Positions 9,833-20,157 of a stretch of DNA of 32,000 nucleotides are shown one piece after another. The notes beneath the pieces are model-generated. The model searched no databases. It was not told the origin of the DNA and was given only the letters and a program-made list of their open reading frames with translations. The position numbers and the translations under genes were made by a program. Source of the DNA: Synechocystis sp. PCC 6803 substr. PCC-P (lineage in GTDB: Bacteria > Cyanobacteriota > Cyanobacteriia > Cyanobacteriales > Microcystaceae); NCBI RefSeq assembly GCF_000284455.1, contig NC_017039.1, positions 3,420,001-3,452,000 on the forward strand, given 5' to 3'. Positions within the stretch are counted from its first letter, which is position 1, and each line of letters opens with the position of its first letter.

Positions 9833-9851
9833 GGCCGGAAGCTATCCGGCC
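9833..9851. promoter_or_regulatory. Perfect 7-bp inverted repeat GGCCGGA-AGCTA-TCCGGCC in the pgm/kaiA divergent intergenic region
   Basis: Direct reading of ggccggaagctatccggcc; it also carries GGCC and CCGG sites. Confidence 0.5.
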
Positions 9852-10005
9852 AAGGAGCACTCAGATTGTGTTAACGTTCAGGGGAGTTGCTTAACACAAT
9901 TTTCCAATTAATAGTATTAATATTTTCTTAACTTGCACCGTACCATGGTGAGAAAGCCTATCTGAGCCCTTATTTGATTAACCTTCGACTGATTATTGAT
10001 CCCCT

Positions 10006-10905
10006 GTGCAGTCTCCCCTCTCCCTCTGTCTTTTTGCTCCCGAACACGTTGCCCATAGACTCAGGTCTATTTTCCAGGGCGATCGCCATTACCTATCGAC
10101 TTTTCAAGCACTAGATGATTTTTGTGCCTTTCTAGAAGACAAACCTGAGCGGATTGATTGCCTGTTAGTCTATTACGAAGCTAATTCCCTTCCAGTGCTG
10201 AATCGTCTCTATGAACAGGGGCGATTGTTGCCGATTATTTTGCTCGAACCCAGTCCTTCTGCCCTAGCCAAAACCACCGACGAACACCCCACCATTGTCT
10301 ATCACAACGCTGAAATTCATCTGCCCGAATCCCAATGGTCGGAACTGCCCACCGTCGTAGACCGGGCGATCGCCCATTACCTACACCTTGGCCCCATCTG
10401 TACCCTCCCCAACCAAACGGAAACTATCCCCGCCCCGATTGTCGATGAATCATCCCAAAGCTTTTTACTCCTACAACAAAGAAGGCTGGCTGACAAACTT
10501 AAAGAAAGACTCGGTTACCTAGGAGTGTACTACAAACGTAAGCCCAGTCACTTTTACCGCAACTTTTCCCCCCAGGAAAAACAAGAATACCTAGAAGATT
10601 TAAGCTCCCAATATCGAGAGATTATTCTCAGTTATTTTAGTGACGAAGGCACAGTTAATGACCTGTTAGATCAATTTGTTAATCAGGCTTTCTTTGCCGA
10701 CCTAGCCATTTCTCAAATCCTGGAAATTCACATGGAATTAATGGATGAATTTTCCCAGCATCTAAAGCTAGAAGGGCGGAGCGAAGAAGTCCTCCTAGAC
10801 TATCGTTTAGTGTTGATCGACATCCTCGCCCATCTGGGGGAAATGTATCGCCGTTCCATCCCCCGGGAGGACATTCCCTTTGATGTATATTATCAGACGG
10901 ATTAA
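10006..10905 (+). CDS. kaiA: Circadian clock protein KaiA
   Basis: N-terminal pseudoreceiver plus C-terminal KaiC-interacting helical domain ('YKRKPSHFYRNFSPQEKQEYLEDLSSQYREIILSYF...FFADLAISQILEIHMELMDEFSQHLKLEGRSEEVLLDYRLVLIDILAHLGEMYRRSIP'). Confidence 0.97.
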   Translation: MQSPLSLCLFAPEHVAHRLRSIFQGDRHYLSTFQALDDFCAFLEDKPERIDCLLVYYEANSLPVLNRLYEQGRLLPIILLEPSPSALAKTTDEHPTIVYHNAEIHLPESQWSELPTVVDRAIAHYLHLGPICTLPNQTETIPAPIVDESSQSFLLLQQRRLADKLKERLGYLGVYYKRKPSHFYRNFSPQEKQEYLEDLSSQYREIILSYFSDEGTVNDLLDQFVNQAFFADLAISQILEIHMELMDEFSQHLKLEGRSEEVLLDYRLVLIDILAHLGEMYRRSIPREDIPFDVYYQTD

Positions 10906-11031
10906 TAACCAAATGCTACGGTTTAATCATCAGCTCAACTCTTGGCTGTTGAAACTACCTCGATTCTCTGGTTATCTATTTTCTTAGTTGTTTCTTGGTT
11001 GGTTTCCCCCTCGTTCTAGTAAACCCGTAAA

Positions 11032-11349
11032 ATGAGCCCCTTTAAAAAAACTTACGTTCTCAAACTCTACGTAGCTGGCAACACCCCCAACTCTGTGCGG
11101 GCCTTAAAAATGCTAAAAAATATCCTTGAGCAAGAATTCCAGGGAGTTTATGCCCTCAAAGTAATCGACGTGTTGAAAAATCCCCAATTAGCCGAAGAAG
11201 ATAAAATTCTTGCCACCCCCACCTTGGCTAAAATCCTACCGCCCCCTGTCAGGAAAATCATCGGCGACCTTTCCGACCGAGAGAAAGTATTGATTGGTTT
11301 AGACCTGCTCTATGACGAAATTCGGGAACGGGAAGCAGAAGACCAATAG
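11032..11349 (+). CDS. kaiB: Circadian clock protein KaiB
   Basis: '[88 protein letters not shown]'. Confidence 0.99.
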
Positions 11350-11519
11350 AAAATCGGGGAACAGGGCGAGATATTTCCCCCATCAACACACATCATCAGA
11401 CTCCTAACAAACTTTAATCCTGCCCCTCAAACTCAACACATTCAATCAGTTTTAGTCAAACTGTTATTTAGTTTTAATTTTACTAACTTTTTTCTTCTTT
11501 AAAAATCTAAATTTAGCTA

Positions 11520-13079
11520 ATGAACTTACCGATTGTTAACGAACGTAATCGCCCCGATGTGCCAAGGAAGGGAGTGCAAAAAATTCGTACTGTGATCGAG
11601 GGCTTTGACGAAATTACCCACGGCGGTTTACCCATTGGCCGTACAACCCTGGTGAGTGGCACCTCCGGCACAGGCAAAACTCTCTTGGCAGTACAATTTC
11701 TTTACCAAGGCATTCACCATTTCGATTATCCGGGTTTATTCATTACATTTGAAGAATCCCCCAGTGACATTATTGAAAATGCCTATAGTTTTGGCTGGGA
11801 TTTACAACAATTAATTGACGATGGCAAATTGTTTATCCTCGATGCTTCCCCCGATCCGGAAGGGCAGGAAGTGGTGGGCACCTTTGATCTGTCGGCCTTA
11901 ATTGAAAGAATTCAGTATGCAGTGCGGAAATATAAAGCCAAGTTAGTTTCCATTGATTCGGTCACAGCGGTATTTCAACAATATGATGCGGCTTCGGTGG
12001 TGCGGCGGGAAATTTTTCGTTTGGTGGCTAGGTTAAAACAGCTCCAGGTAACGTCCATTATGACCACCGAACGGGTGGAAGAATATGGCCCCATTGCCCG
12101 CTTTGGCGTAGAGGAATTCGTCTCCGATAACGTGGTGGTTTTGCGTAATGTTTTAGAAGGGGAACGGCGACGACGCACGGTGGAAATCCTCAAACTACGG
12201 GGTACCACCCACATGAAGGGGGAATATCCTTTCACTATCACCCACGACGGCATTAACATTTTTCCCCTGGGAGCCATGCGCCTCACCCAGAGGTCTTCCA
12301 ATGCCCGCATTTCATCGGGAGTACAAACCTTGGACGAAATGTGTGGCGGTGGCTTTTTCAAAGATTCGATTATTCTGGCTACGGGGGCTACTGGTACGGG
12401 CAAAACCCTGTTGGTAAGCAAATTTTTGCAGGAAGGTTGTCGCCAAAGAGAACGGGCCATTTTGTTTGCCTATGAGGAATCCAGGGCTCAGCTTTCCCGC
12501 AACGCTTCTTCCTGGGGCATTGATTTTGAAGAAATGGAACACAAGGGTTTATTAAAACTTCTTTGTACCTATCCAGAATCGGCGGGCTTGGAGGATCATT
12601 TGCAAATGATCAAGTCGGAAATATCGGAATTTAAACCTTCCCGCATTGCCATTGATTCCCTTTCTGCCCTGGCCCGGGGAGTGACCAATAATGCTTTCCG
12701 TCAATTTGTCATTGGGGTAACGGGCTACGCCAAACAGGAGGAGATTACTGGCTTCTTTACCAATACCACGGACCAATTTATGGGGGCCCATTCCATTACG
12801 GAATCCCATATTTCCACCATTACAGACACCATTTTGATGTTGCAGTATGTGGAAATCCGAGGAGAAATGTCCCGGGCATTGAATGTGTTTAAAATGCGGG
12901 GTTCCTGGCATGATAAAGGCATTCGAGAATATAGCATTAGCCATGATGGCCCTGATATTCGCGATTCCTTCCGCAATTATGAGCGGATTATCAGTGGTTC
13001 CCCCACCCGCATTAGTGTGGATGAAAAATCTGAGCTTTCCCGCATTGTCCGGGGTGTTAAGGACAAGACCGCTGAGTAG
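11520..13079 (+). CDS. kaiC: Circadian clock protein KaiC, double-RecA ATPase
   Basis: 'GTSGTGKTLLAVQFLYQG' and 'GATGTGKTLLVSKFLQEG' Walker A motifs; catalytic EE pairs; 'MRGSWHDKGIREYSISHDGPDI'. Confidence 0.99.
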   Translation: MNLPIVNERNRPDVPRKGVQKIRTVIEGFDEITHGGLPIGRTTLVSGTSGTGKTLLAVQFLYQGIHHFDYPGLFITFEESPSDIIENAYSFGWDLQQLIDDGKLFILDASPDPEGQEVVGTFDLSALIERIQYAVRKYKAKLVSIDSVTAVFQQYDAASVVRREIFRLVARLKQLQVTSIMTTERVEEYGPIARFGVEEFVSDNVVVLRNVLEGERRRRTVEILKLRGTTHMKGEYPFTITHDGINIFPLGAMRLTQRSSNARISSGVQTLDEMCGGGFFKDSIILATGATGTGKTLLVSKFLQEGCRQRERAILFAYEESRAQLSRNASSWGIDFEEMEHKGLLKLLCTYPESAGLEDHLQMIKSEISEFKPSRIAIDSLSALARGVTNNAFRQFVIGVTGYAKQEEITGFFTNTTDQFMGAHSITESHISTITDTILMLQYVEIRGEMSRALNVFKMRGSWHDKGIREYSISHDGPDIRDSFRNYERIISGSPTRISVDEKSELSRIVRGVKDKTAE

Positions 13080-13172
13080 GATTGAAAAAGGGTAAACTTT
13101 CCCATCCGAATCTTGGTTGGGAAAGGCGGCATGGACAGTGGTTAAGGGTTAGTTTTCTGGGGAATTTAATAA

Positions 13173-16100
13173 CTAAATGTTCCCAGCAAAATCCAGACTG
13201 ATGAGAAGATCGTTAAAGTCTCGATCGCCACCGCCGAATAGATCCTCAACTCCATAAAGGGATTGTCCAAGACGCATGAAGTGACTTTCGTTATCTGGAT
13301 TGGCTTGGTCGTACATAAAGAAAGCGTTGACATTGCCTGGTTGATTACCGGGGTTTTGTTGGAGGAACTGCTCAGTGGTTCCATTGGAGATGAGGAACAA
13401 GCCGTAATTACCCCCTGCTTTTAACTGAGTGGTCGCCGTTTTTTGGGAAAAATTGTCTGGGGCACTAAAGGTGATGCCTCCAGTTAAAGGATCTCGACTC
13501 TGGGTCATGCGAACCGCCGCTTCAGCATAGCCCGCTTGCCCTGGCGAGAAATCGATTATGCCATCGTTATTGATATCAATATCCCCATTGGCATTAGCGA
13601 GTTTATACAAACCAAGGGTGTTTTGATATTCACCAGCACGATGGATTTGAATATCAGTGGCGATCGCCTCTCCTTGCAAACCGGGGACAACGAGGGGAAG
13701 GGTAAAAACTTCGACGGCATATTTCCCGTTGGGGGTGTCTGCGGAAATTTGGGTAAAACCCCGACCATCCTGGGTCACTGACAAATTCTCATCCTCAACA
13801 GAAAACATTTCGTTACTGTTCAAGTCAAGGATATAGGGAGTCAAACTATAAGCATCCTCAATGGTGACCTGGGAAAACGTACCGATGTCCTTATGTTCGG
13901 TGGAAGCCAGGGAATTACCGGAAGTAAGCACTTGTTGAGCCAGAGTTCGGTTTAAGGCCAAACCATCCGCCGGAGCGGCTTCCAAAACAGGGCTAAATGA
14001 ACTCCGTTCACCGTTACGAAAAACCCCGGCTTGGGTTTCGAGGGGGATAAAAGCTGACCAACCTTCATCGGTGGGATCATAGGCACCGACCAGCCCCCGG
14101 AAATCATCATAATCAGTTTTAATAAAGCCGAACTCAAAATTGCCACTTACAGGCAAGGACACAGCCCGCACCGTCAATGGTATGGGTTGGCCAAATCCAT
14201 TTAAAAACCCTGAACCACTCACAGGGGTTGCCAATCCTGGTGTTGTTGTCGCTAAAAGCCCGGACAATTCCACTTTGCCATCGGCCAGGCCATCTAGATC
14301 CGATGGTGCGCCGTCTTCAAGGTGGAGAAGAATTTGGTCAAATTTACCGTCATTATTGCTATCGATTAATTCAGCGCCGACGTTACCGTCAAATAAGAAT
14401 TCAGTCCAAATATCAGTTGCCGGATCTTGTCTTAAAAAAGTATTTACTCCCTGGTGCTCCGGTAGTAGATCAATGGCGATCGTGCTGCTATCCCCTGGTT
14501 CAACGGCTAGACTTAGCTTAAAACCTTCAGAAGCAGTGCTATATTCCCAACCGGGAAGTGTGCTGAGGGTGAAAGTGGAAACATTCTTCAATGTATCTCC
14601 GAATTCATCCAGATTAAATTGTCCTAAGGAAGTGCCGACTTCTCCGGTTAAGAAGACAATGTCATGGGAATCTTCTATGGCAAGGGTGGCATCCCCGGCG
14701 GTGTAAAGGATAAAATTCCCGTCTTCATCTTTCCTTTGTCCTTGTTGTTGCCAGTCATCATTGAGATAGATGGTTCCGTTGTCACCTTCGATGCGGAGTA
14801 TATTTCCATCGGGGGCGATCGCCAGGATGGCGGCTTGGTCAAGGACAACTTCTCCTGCATCGGCGAGTTGAAATATTTCAATGCCTTTAATGTTGATCGT
14901 CTCGCTTTCTGCCAGATTGAGCAATTGAATGCCCGCTAAAGTATCGGTACCTCCGCCACCGTCAATAAAATCGTCTCCTAAACTCCACCAGATGATGTCA
15001 TCTCCGAGGCCGCCCAAAAGGGTATCATCACCTTCCCCGCCGATGATTATGTCATTGCCTTCTCCCCCATTTAAATGGACACCACCGAAACTGTTGTCGG
15101 GGGAAGCTTGCAAAAGGTCGTTTCCTGCTCCACCTAAAACTTTCGTGTAAGAACCCACTACAAAGGTATTATTTCCCCTCTCCATGGTGATAAGTTTAGG
15201 ATTGGCATTGATAACCAGGTTGTCATCCCCTAGACTATCACCGTTTCCGGAAGCAACAATCAGGGAATTGAGGTTAATGGGATTATTTTTTTGGTACTCA
15301 AATATGTCGAAGTCTTCCGGTAAATTAATCACTTGAAGCTGTTCAAGGGAATACTCAAGCACCTGCACCCGTTGGGTTTCTAGATAAACATCACCGAATT
15401 GATTTTCAACTTTAAATTGCAGCCAATGTTCTCCTAGTTGGTCAACCGTCGGCTGCCAAATAAGTTGATTGGTTACTGGGTCATAGCTGGCCCCTTCCGG
15501 CAGAATTAGGGGAGTTACGGTTTCATTTTCAGCCTTGCTAACTTCACGGGTATAAGTTTCGCCCAACACCGCAACGTATTCCCACTCATCGCTCTCACCT
15601 AAGGCGATCGCCGCATCATAATTACCTGCCACCGCCAGGGATGTTTTCCCTACCGCCCCTAGGCGATCGTTATCGTCCACCGATTGAATTTGAAAGCGGT
15701 ATAATTCCCCTTCGGTCAGGCCATCAACAATAAGTCTGTGATAGAAACGTCCATCTTCCTCTTCGTAAATAGTTACTAAGCCGGAAGTAGGTTGAATACC
15801 GCTAAAATCAGGGTCTAGGGGATTATCAAGAACTCCCGCAGGATTATTAGACCAGCGTACATTGTAGTACTGGGGCGTTGCGGTATCGCTCCAGGTTACC
15901 GAAAACTTACCGTCCCCAATCCAGTTGGCGCTGAGATCCTTAACAACGGGTAAATCATTGCCTTGGCCCAACTCAATGCCGCCAATGGGAAGGTTACTAT
16001 CCGTTGCTGAACCAGTGCTTGTCGCCACACTGAGATCGCCAGTAAAATACCGGTCATTGGGTAAGTGCCCCTCACTTTCCGCCGATGCATACAAGTGGTA

Positions 16101-18488
16101 AACACTTTGGGGAACATTGCTTAAATCCCAACGGTAGCGGTAGCTTCCACTTGATTTGGGGTCGTGGTCAATTGTGGTGATGAGGAAACCATCTCCCCCC
16201 TTGCCATCGGTGTCCGCATAAAGATTAACTTTAATATTTTCGGCAAAGGGATCGCCAGTAACGGTGTAAAGAATGTCTACCCACTGGCGATTAGGATCCC
16301 GAGCAAATTGCTTAATTTCTGCAACGGGGGCGATGGAATTTTGAACCATTTTGATTTGAATTGGCCCGATATCATCCGACCGAACTTGCTCAACTGTCCA
16401 GGTTCCCGCTTCCGGTCTCGGAATGAAGAGAGAAGTCCCGAACTCATCACTAAACTCGTTCCAGAGCTTGACCCTAGTCCCTTGTAAATAATCTGCGTAT
16501 CTGTAGACAGTTCCGCTGGGGGACCTCAGGTTAAACATCGCTGCTGGGGTCTCGTAGCGACCTCTTCTCAGCCACCGAATACTTACCGACGCCCATTCTC
16601 GCCCTTGACGGACATTAAAGGATTGTCTTGCTAGCTGATCGCCGGCGTTCTGCTCTTCATAAGCCGCTAGGGCTGATTCAGATGTGGCGAGTAAACCAAA
16701 TTCATCAAGGGAATCCACCGTTGCTATGCCGCCAAATCCCTTAATATCCTCTCCCTTGACGATGCCAACCTTGCCGTCAAATCCGACCCTAAAGCCAATA
16801 CTATCTTTGAAAAACAAAGTATTTACATCTACCCATCCCGCAACAAAACCATATTCAGGTCGAAACTGAGCTGTGGGGTGGTAGGGGGCAGCATACTTGA
16901 TCATGGCGTTGGCCCCAGCAAGTTGTAGCCCACCTAAAAAGGGTATAAAAGTCGGTATGTTAAGCCTTGCCCCCGACCGAAGGCTAAAGTTAAGCCTTGC
17001 ATCTATGCTGAACTCTCCATTTGTTGTTATTACGTCGAACGGCGTGCGGTAAGTGGTATTGGTTTTCAGTACTACTCCCGTACCCTTGATTGCAGCATCA
17101 AGGTTGAGGAAGGATCGACTCTCTGCAACTGGGAATCCCAGAATACTAATTTTGGCGGCTAGGTCAATGCCCACCGGAATTTTTAGTGTTACTGCTCCAT
17201 CGATACGGACAGCACTGATGCCCTCACCTTTTTTGCTGCCCCCTAGCCAATCGGGGAAATCCACCTCAAATGATTGCCCCAGGGACACCGCAAGAGACCC
17301 GCCCAGATTGAAACTTTGCCCCGGAGCCAAGGGCGGAATATTTTCAAAATCAACCCCAATGCGCTGGAGGTAAATTTGAGATTCTGGTGTAGAAATCAAG
17401 GCATTCAGATTGTCTGCATAAAGACCAATAGTACTGATTCGAATATCAGCGATACCTCCTGCAGGATTTGTTGTAAATTCTGTTCCAATCCTGCCGCCCA
17501 CCTTCAGGTTGTTCCAAGGACGAATCAGTATTTCACCAGCTACCGTCGCTTGTTTTTTGATTGAATTAAAATCAAAACTTAAAAGATTAATCCTAACAGC
17601 GCCGAAGTCAACGAATTCAATGGAAGCGAGAAAAACCGTTTGAACATCATTATCGAAAATACGGATAAATCGCTGGCCGGCGATATCGACTCCAATTTTT
17701 GCCATTTTGAACAAGTCAACATCGGCTTTCCCCTGAACTTGAACGTACTTGTCGATACTATTAATTTCTAGAGCTACTCCGGTAATACCACCAATCTTAA
17801 TTGGTTTCTTCGGATCATCTGGTTTTCCTGGTTTTGGATCCCTAGGTTCAAAAGTTGGAATATTGAACGCACCCTTGTTTTTTTTCTGGTAGTACCAGTT
17901 GAAAGCATTGCCTAAATTGATATCCGGCAACTGGATACGTCCCCCGCTTATTGTCGGAGTGCCTCCAGGGAAAGTAAGATCAAAAAAAGAGTCAGTAGTT
18001 GGGATGTTGATACCGGGAAAGATATCTGGAGCCGCTCGATATGAAACAGCACCTGCATTGTTTTCACCATCAAAAAAAGTAATGTTTTGGTAATTGAGAC
18101 CGATGATGTCCTGCACTGGATCATAGCCACCTTCAATACGGTCACTACGCTTTACTTGACCTACCAACTTATCTTTATTCTTCTCCGATAAAACATCATT
18201 AAAAGCGACAGCTCCCCGGAAAAGCCTGATGGGCTGAGGACCTGCAAGACTATAAAATGTTCCCAGGGCAGCTACATTTTGAATCTTTTTTCCATCTTTG
18301 TTTACATACTCTAAAACTTCGATGTAATTGCCATCACTGCGACGACCGTCCCCAACCTGAATTAATGCAGTACCATCCCAATAAAGCTTGACATCATCGT
18401 AGACCGATTTAGTTGCCTCTGTTCCATTTTCCAGGAAGACAGTTTTTTGTTCGAGTAAATTACCAGTAAATTTGAATTTGTTAGCCAT
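13173..18488 (-). CDS. Giant RTX-repeat protein (1771 aa) with fibronectin-III-like segment and C-terminal DUF4114-like domain; probable sll0723 orthologue
   Basis: RTX nonapeptides 'GGAGNDLLQ...GGEGNDIIIGGEGDDTLLGGLGDDIIWW' (DNA about 14.9-15.1 kb); C-terminal 'NESHFMRLGQSLYGVEDLFGGGDRDFNDLLISLDF'; no obvious N-terminal signal peptide. Confidence 0.88.
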   Translation of the reverse strand: MANKFKFTGNLLEQKTVFLENGTEATKSVYDDVKLYWDGTALIQVGDGRRSDGNYIEVLEYVNKDGKKIQNVAALGTFYSLAGPQPIRLFRGAVAFNDVLSEKNKDKLVGQVKRSDRIEGGYDPVQDIIGLNYQNITFFDGENNAGAVSYRAAPDIFPGINIPTTDSFFDLTFPGGTPTISGGRIQLPDINLGNAFNWYYQKKNKGAFNIPTFEPRDPKPGKPDDPKKPIKIGGITGVALEINSIDKYVQVQGKADVDLFKMAKIGVDIAGQRFIRIFDNDVQTVFLASIEFVDFGAVRINLLSFDFNSIKKQATVAGEILIRPWNNLKVGGRIGTEFTTNPAGGIADIRISTIGLYADNLNALISTPESQIYLQRIGVDFENIPPLAPGQSFNLGGSLAVSLGQSFEVDFPDWLGGSKKGEGISAVRIDGAVTLKIPVGIDLAAKISILGFPVAESRSFLNLDAAIKGTGVVLKTNTTYRTPFDVITTNGEFSIDARLNFSLRSGARLNIPTFIPFLGGLQLAGANAMIKYAAPYHPTAQFRPEYGFVAGWVDVNTLFFKDSIGFRVGFDGKVGIVKGEDIKGFGGIATVDSLDEFGLLATSESALAAYEEQNAGDQLARQSFNVRQGREWASVSIRWLRRGRYETPAAMFNLRSPSGTVYRYADYLQGTRVKLWNEFSDEFGTSLFIPRPEAGTWTVEQVRSDDIGPIQIKMVQNSIAPVAEIKQFARDPNRQWVDILYTVTGDPFAENIKVNLYADTDGKGGDGFLITTIDHDPKSSGSYRYRWDLSNVPQSVYHLYASAESEGHLPNDRYFTGDLSVATSTGSATDSNLPIGGIELGQGNDLPVVKDLSANWIGDGKFSVTWSDTATPQYYNVRWSNNPAGVLDNPLDPDFSGIQPTSGLVTIYEEEDGRFYHRLIVDGLTEGELYRFQIQSVDDNDRLGAVGKTSLAVAGNYDAAIALGESDEWEYVAVLGETYTREVSKAENETVTPLILPEGASYDPVTNQLIWQPTVDQLGEHWLQFKVENQFGDVYLETQRVQVLEYSLEQLQVINLPEDFDIFEYQKNNPINLNSLIVASGNGDSLGDDNLVINANPKLITMERGNNTFVVGSYTKVLGGAGNDLLQASPDNSFGGVHLNGGEGNDIIIGGEGDDTLLGGLGDDIIWWSLGDDFIDGGGGTDTLAGIQLLNLAESETINIKGIEIFQLADAGEVVLDQAAILAIAPDGNILRIEGDNGTIYLNDDWQQQGQRKDEDGNFILYTAGDATLAIEDSHDIVFLTGEVGTSLGQFNLDEFGDTLKNVSTFTLSTLPGWEYSTASEGFKLSLAVEPGDSSTIAIDLLPEHQGVNTFLRQDPATDIWTEFLFDGNVGAELIDSNNDGKFDQILLHLEDGAPSDLDGLADGKVELSGLLATTTPGLATPVSGSGFLNGFGQPIPLTVRAVSLPVSGNFEFGFIKTDYDDFRGLVGAYDPTDEGWSAFIPLETQAGVFRNGERSSFSPVLEAAPADGLALNRTLAQQVLTSGNSLASTEHKDIGTFSQVTIEDAYSLTPYILDLNSNEMFSVEDENLSVTQDGRGFTQISADTPNGKYAVEVFTLPLVVPGLQGEAIATDIQIHRAGEYQNTLGLYKLANANGDIDINNDGIIDFSPGQAGYAEAAVRMTQSRDPLTGGITFSAPDNFSQKTATTQLKAGGNYGLFLISNGTTEQFLQQNPGNQPGNVNAFFMYDQANPDNESHFMRLGQSLYGVEDLFGGGDRDFNDLLISLDFAGNI

Positions 18489-18958
18489 GGCAAAGAAGCT
18501 CTTAACTTAAGTGTTAACAAGAATGGAAAAAGTATTAAGTTGCAGATTCTTAGAATCTTTGAAAATCGGGTCAATCATTCCCGGGTGAACGTCTCGAACA
18601 ATTGTCTTAAATAAATCTAAAATTTAGACAGGCCCCTCTTCCCTTTGTTTTTTCACAAAAACCTGGGTTTCTGTCTTTTGTTAACCGTTATAAATGGCAG
18701 AGTGATTGAGGTAAAATCCAAATTTTTGGAAAAGTTTTTTATTAATGCTTTACAGATTTTACAAAAATTTAAACATTTACCCGGAGCCCTTGAGTTCTGT
18801 ATTGAACTCGAGTCAACCACGCCCTGTAACCATAACACAAAGTTCACTTTTGGTCAAAATCATACAAATTTTAATTATTTTTAGCTATTTTCAACAACCT
18901 TAATGTTCTCTTAATATTCCCCTAGCATTTTTTTTGTAAAATTGACGTTATTTATATT

Positions 18959-19119
18959 TTTAAGCTTGCCTGAGATACACCTTTCTAAGGTGACTTTAGC
19001 TTGACAAATTATCCATGCCCGTGATTTGTTAATCAATTTCCCGAGCAATACGAAACGATTCTCGGTGCGGTAGGGGCAAATATTTCCGGAGGACAAAAAC
19101 AAAGCTTGGCGATCGCCAG
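18959..19119 (+). pseudogene. Decayed fragment of a C39-peptidase ABC exporter ATPase domain, paralogous to the gene at 26572-28773
   Basis: Aligns to 28353-28514 with a 1-nt deletion; about 84/91 identical over 19029-19119. Conceptual translation QFPEQYETILGAVGANISGGQKQSLAIAS vs QFPEQYETILGAVAANISGGQKQRLAIAR. Confidence 0.9.
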
Positions 19120-19304
19120 TGATTATGATAAGTAGATGGCCATTTTGCTGAACCTAAATCGGGGAATTATTCCCAACAATGAAACGACCCCAGGTAAAGC
19201 CATGGTGGTTAAGTTGATATCGCCTGGAGTCTTGTTAAAGTCGGCCACTATCAAAGGAGATATGTGGTCTCCGAGTCTGAAAATTTAACCCTATCAAAAA
19301 AACT

Positions 19305-19955
19305 TTATCGTCGGGCAAGCATTCTACGAATTTCAGCATTCAACTCACGGAAAACCCCCCTGGGACTGACTGCGTCTAACATCTCTACAATCAGCTTGGT
19401 TTGCCCCATGCTTAACTCTCGATTATTGGTAAGGGACTCTAATTTAACTTTGACAATATGATTACGAATGTCTTCCTCCGACGCTTTCTCCGCCACCATA
19501 GTTGAAACAATTTTACTGGAATTAGCAAATTGAATAAAATCCTTATTGAGCAAATCGTATGAAAGTTCGCTTTTTTTGTTAGTGTACGCTCTAACAATAG
19601 CTTCGTACTCTTGGCTGCAGACCGTTTCCAAGTCCTCGGGGCCATCATCTTCAACGGCATCGGGGGGATTTGTTGGAACAGAAACTGTTGTCGTTAACTT
19701 AACTTTACCCCGCTTAGAATAGGGCAACCCGGAAGTCAATTCCAAAGCTTCCCGAAAAGCTTCTACAGGAAATAAGTCAACCGGAACGTTCGCCGCAAGG
19801 TCTGGTTCCCCAGAAGCTTTATTGATGGTAGCTAATCCTGACTGATCAGCATCGTAACGCAAAATTACGACACCAGATTTACTTGGATCTTTCAGTTTTT
19901 GGCGATAGGCTACAGCTTCAATGGTGGACAACTCAACCAATTTAGTTCTGATCAT
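19305..19955 (-). CDS. Conserved hypothetical protein, 216 aa
   Basis: Long ORF (MIRTKLVELSTIEAVAYRQKLKDPSKSGVVIL...) with normal composition; no recognised family. Confidence 0.7.
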   Translation of the reverse strand: MIRTKLVELSTIEAVAYRQKLKDPSKSGVVILRYDADQSGLATINKASGEPDLAANVPVDLFPVEAFREALELTSGLPYSKRGKVKLTTTVSVPTNPPDAVEDDGPEDLETVCSQEYEAIVRAYTNKKSELSYDLLNKDFIQFANSSKIVSTMVAEKASEEDIRNHIVKVKLESLTNNRELSMGQTKLIVEMLDAVSPRGVFRELNAEIRRMLARR

Positions 19956-20157
19956 TTTTAGGTATTTGTGATTGAGAAATGGTTCTGAATAATATCAAAT
20001 ATCAATTAACATATGACATTTTTAGGATATCATGGTCTACCAATTTAAAGTTCGATTTAATAAACAAAATATTCCAAAAAATGAAGTTTATATTTCAGAT
20101 TGTTTGGAGTAGAGAATTATCAATTTGAATCAGTAACATCATAGACTTTAAATGTTA

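Noticed and set aside
11975-12976. Minus-strand ORFs of 76-161 aa opposite kaiC
   Set aside because: Shadow frames over the conserved kaiC coding sequence.
19136-19288. 50-aa plus-strand ORF MAILLNLNRGIIPNNETTPGKAMVVKLISPGVLLKSATIKGDMWSPSLKI, just after the exporter fossil
   Set aside because: Shorter than 60 codons, no GG motif or recognised family, no clear ribosome-binding site; probably chance.
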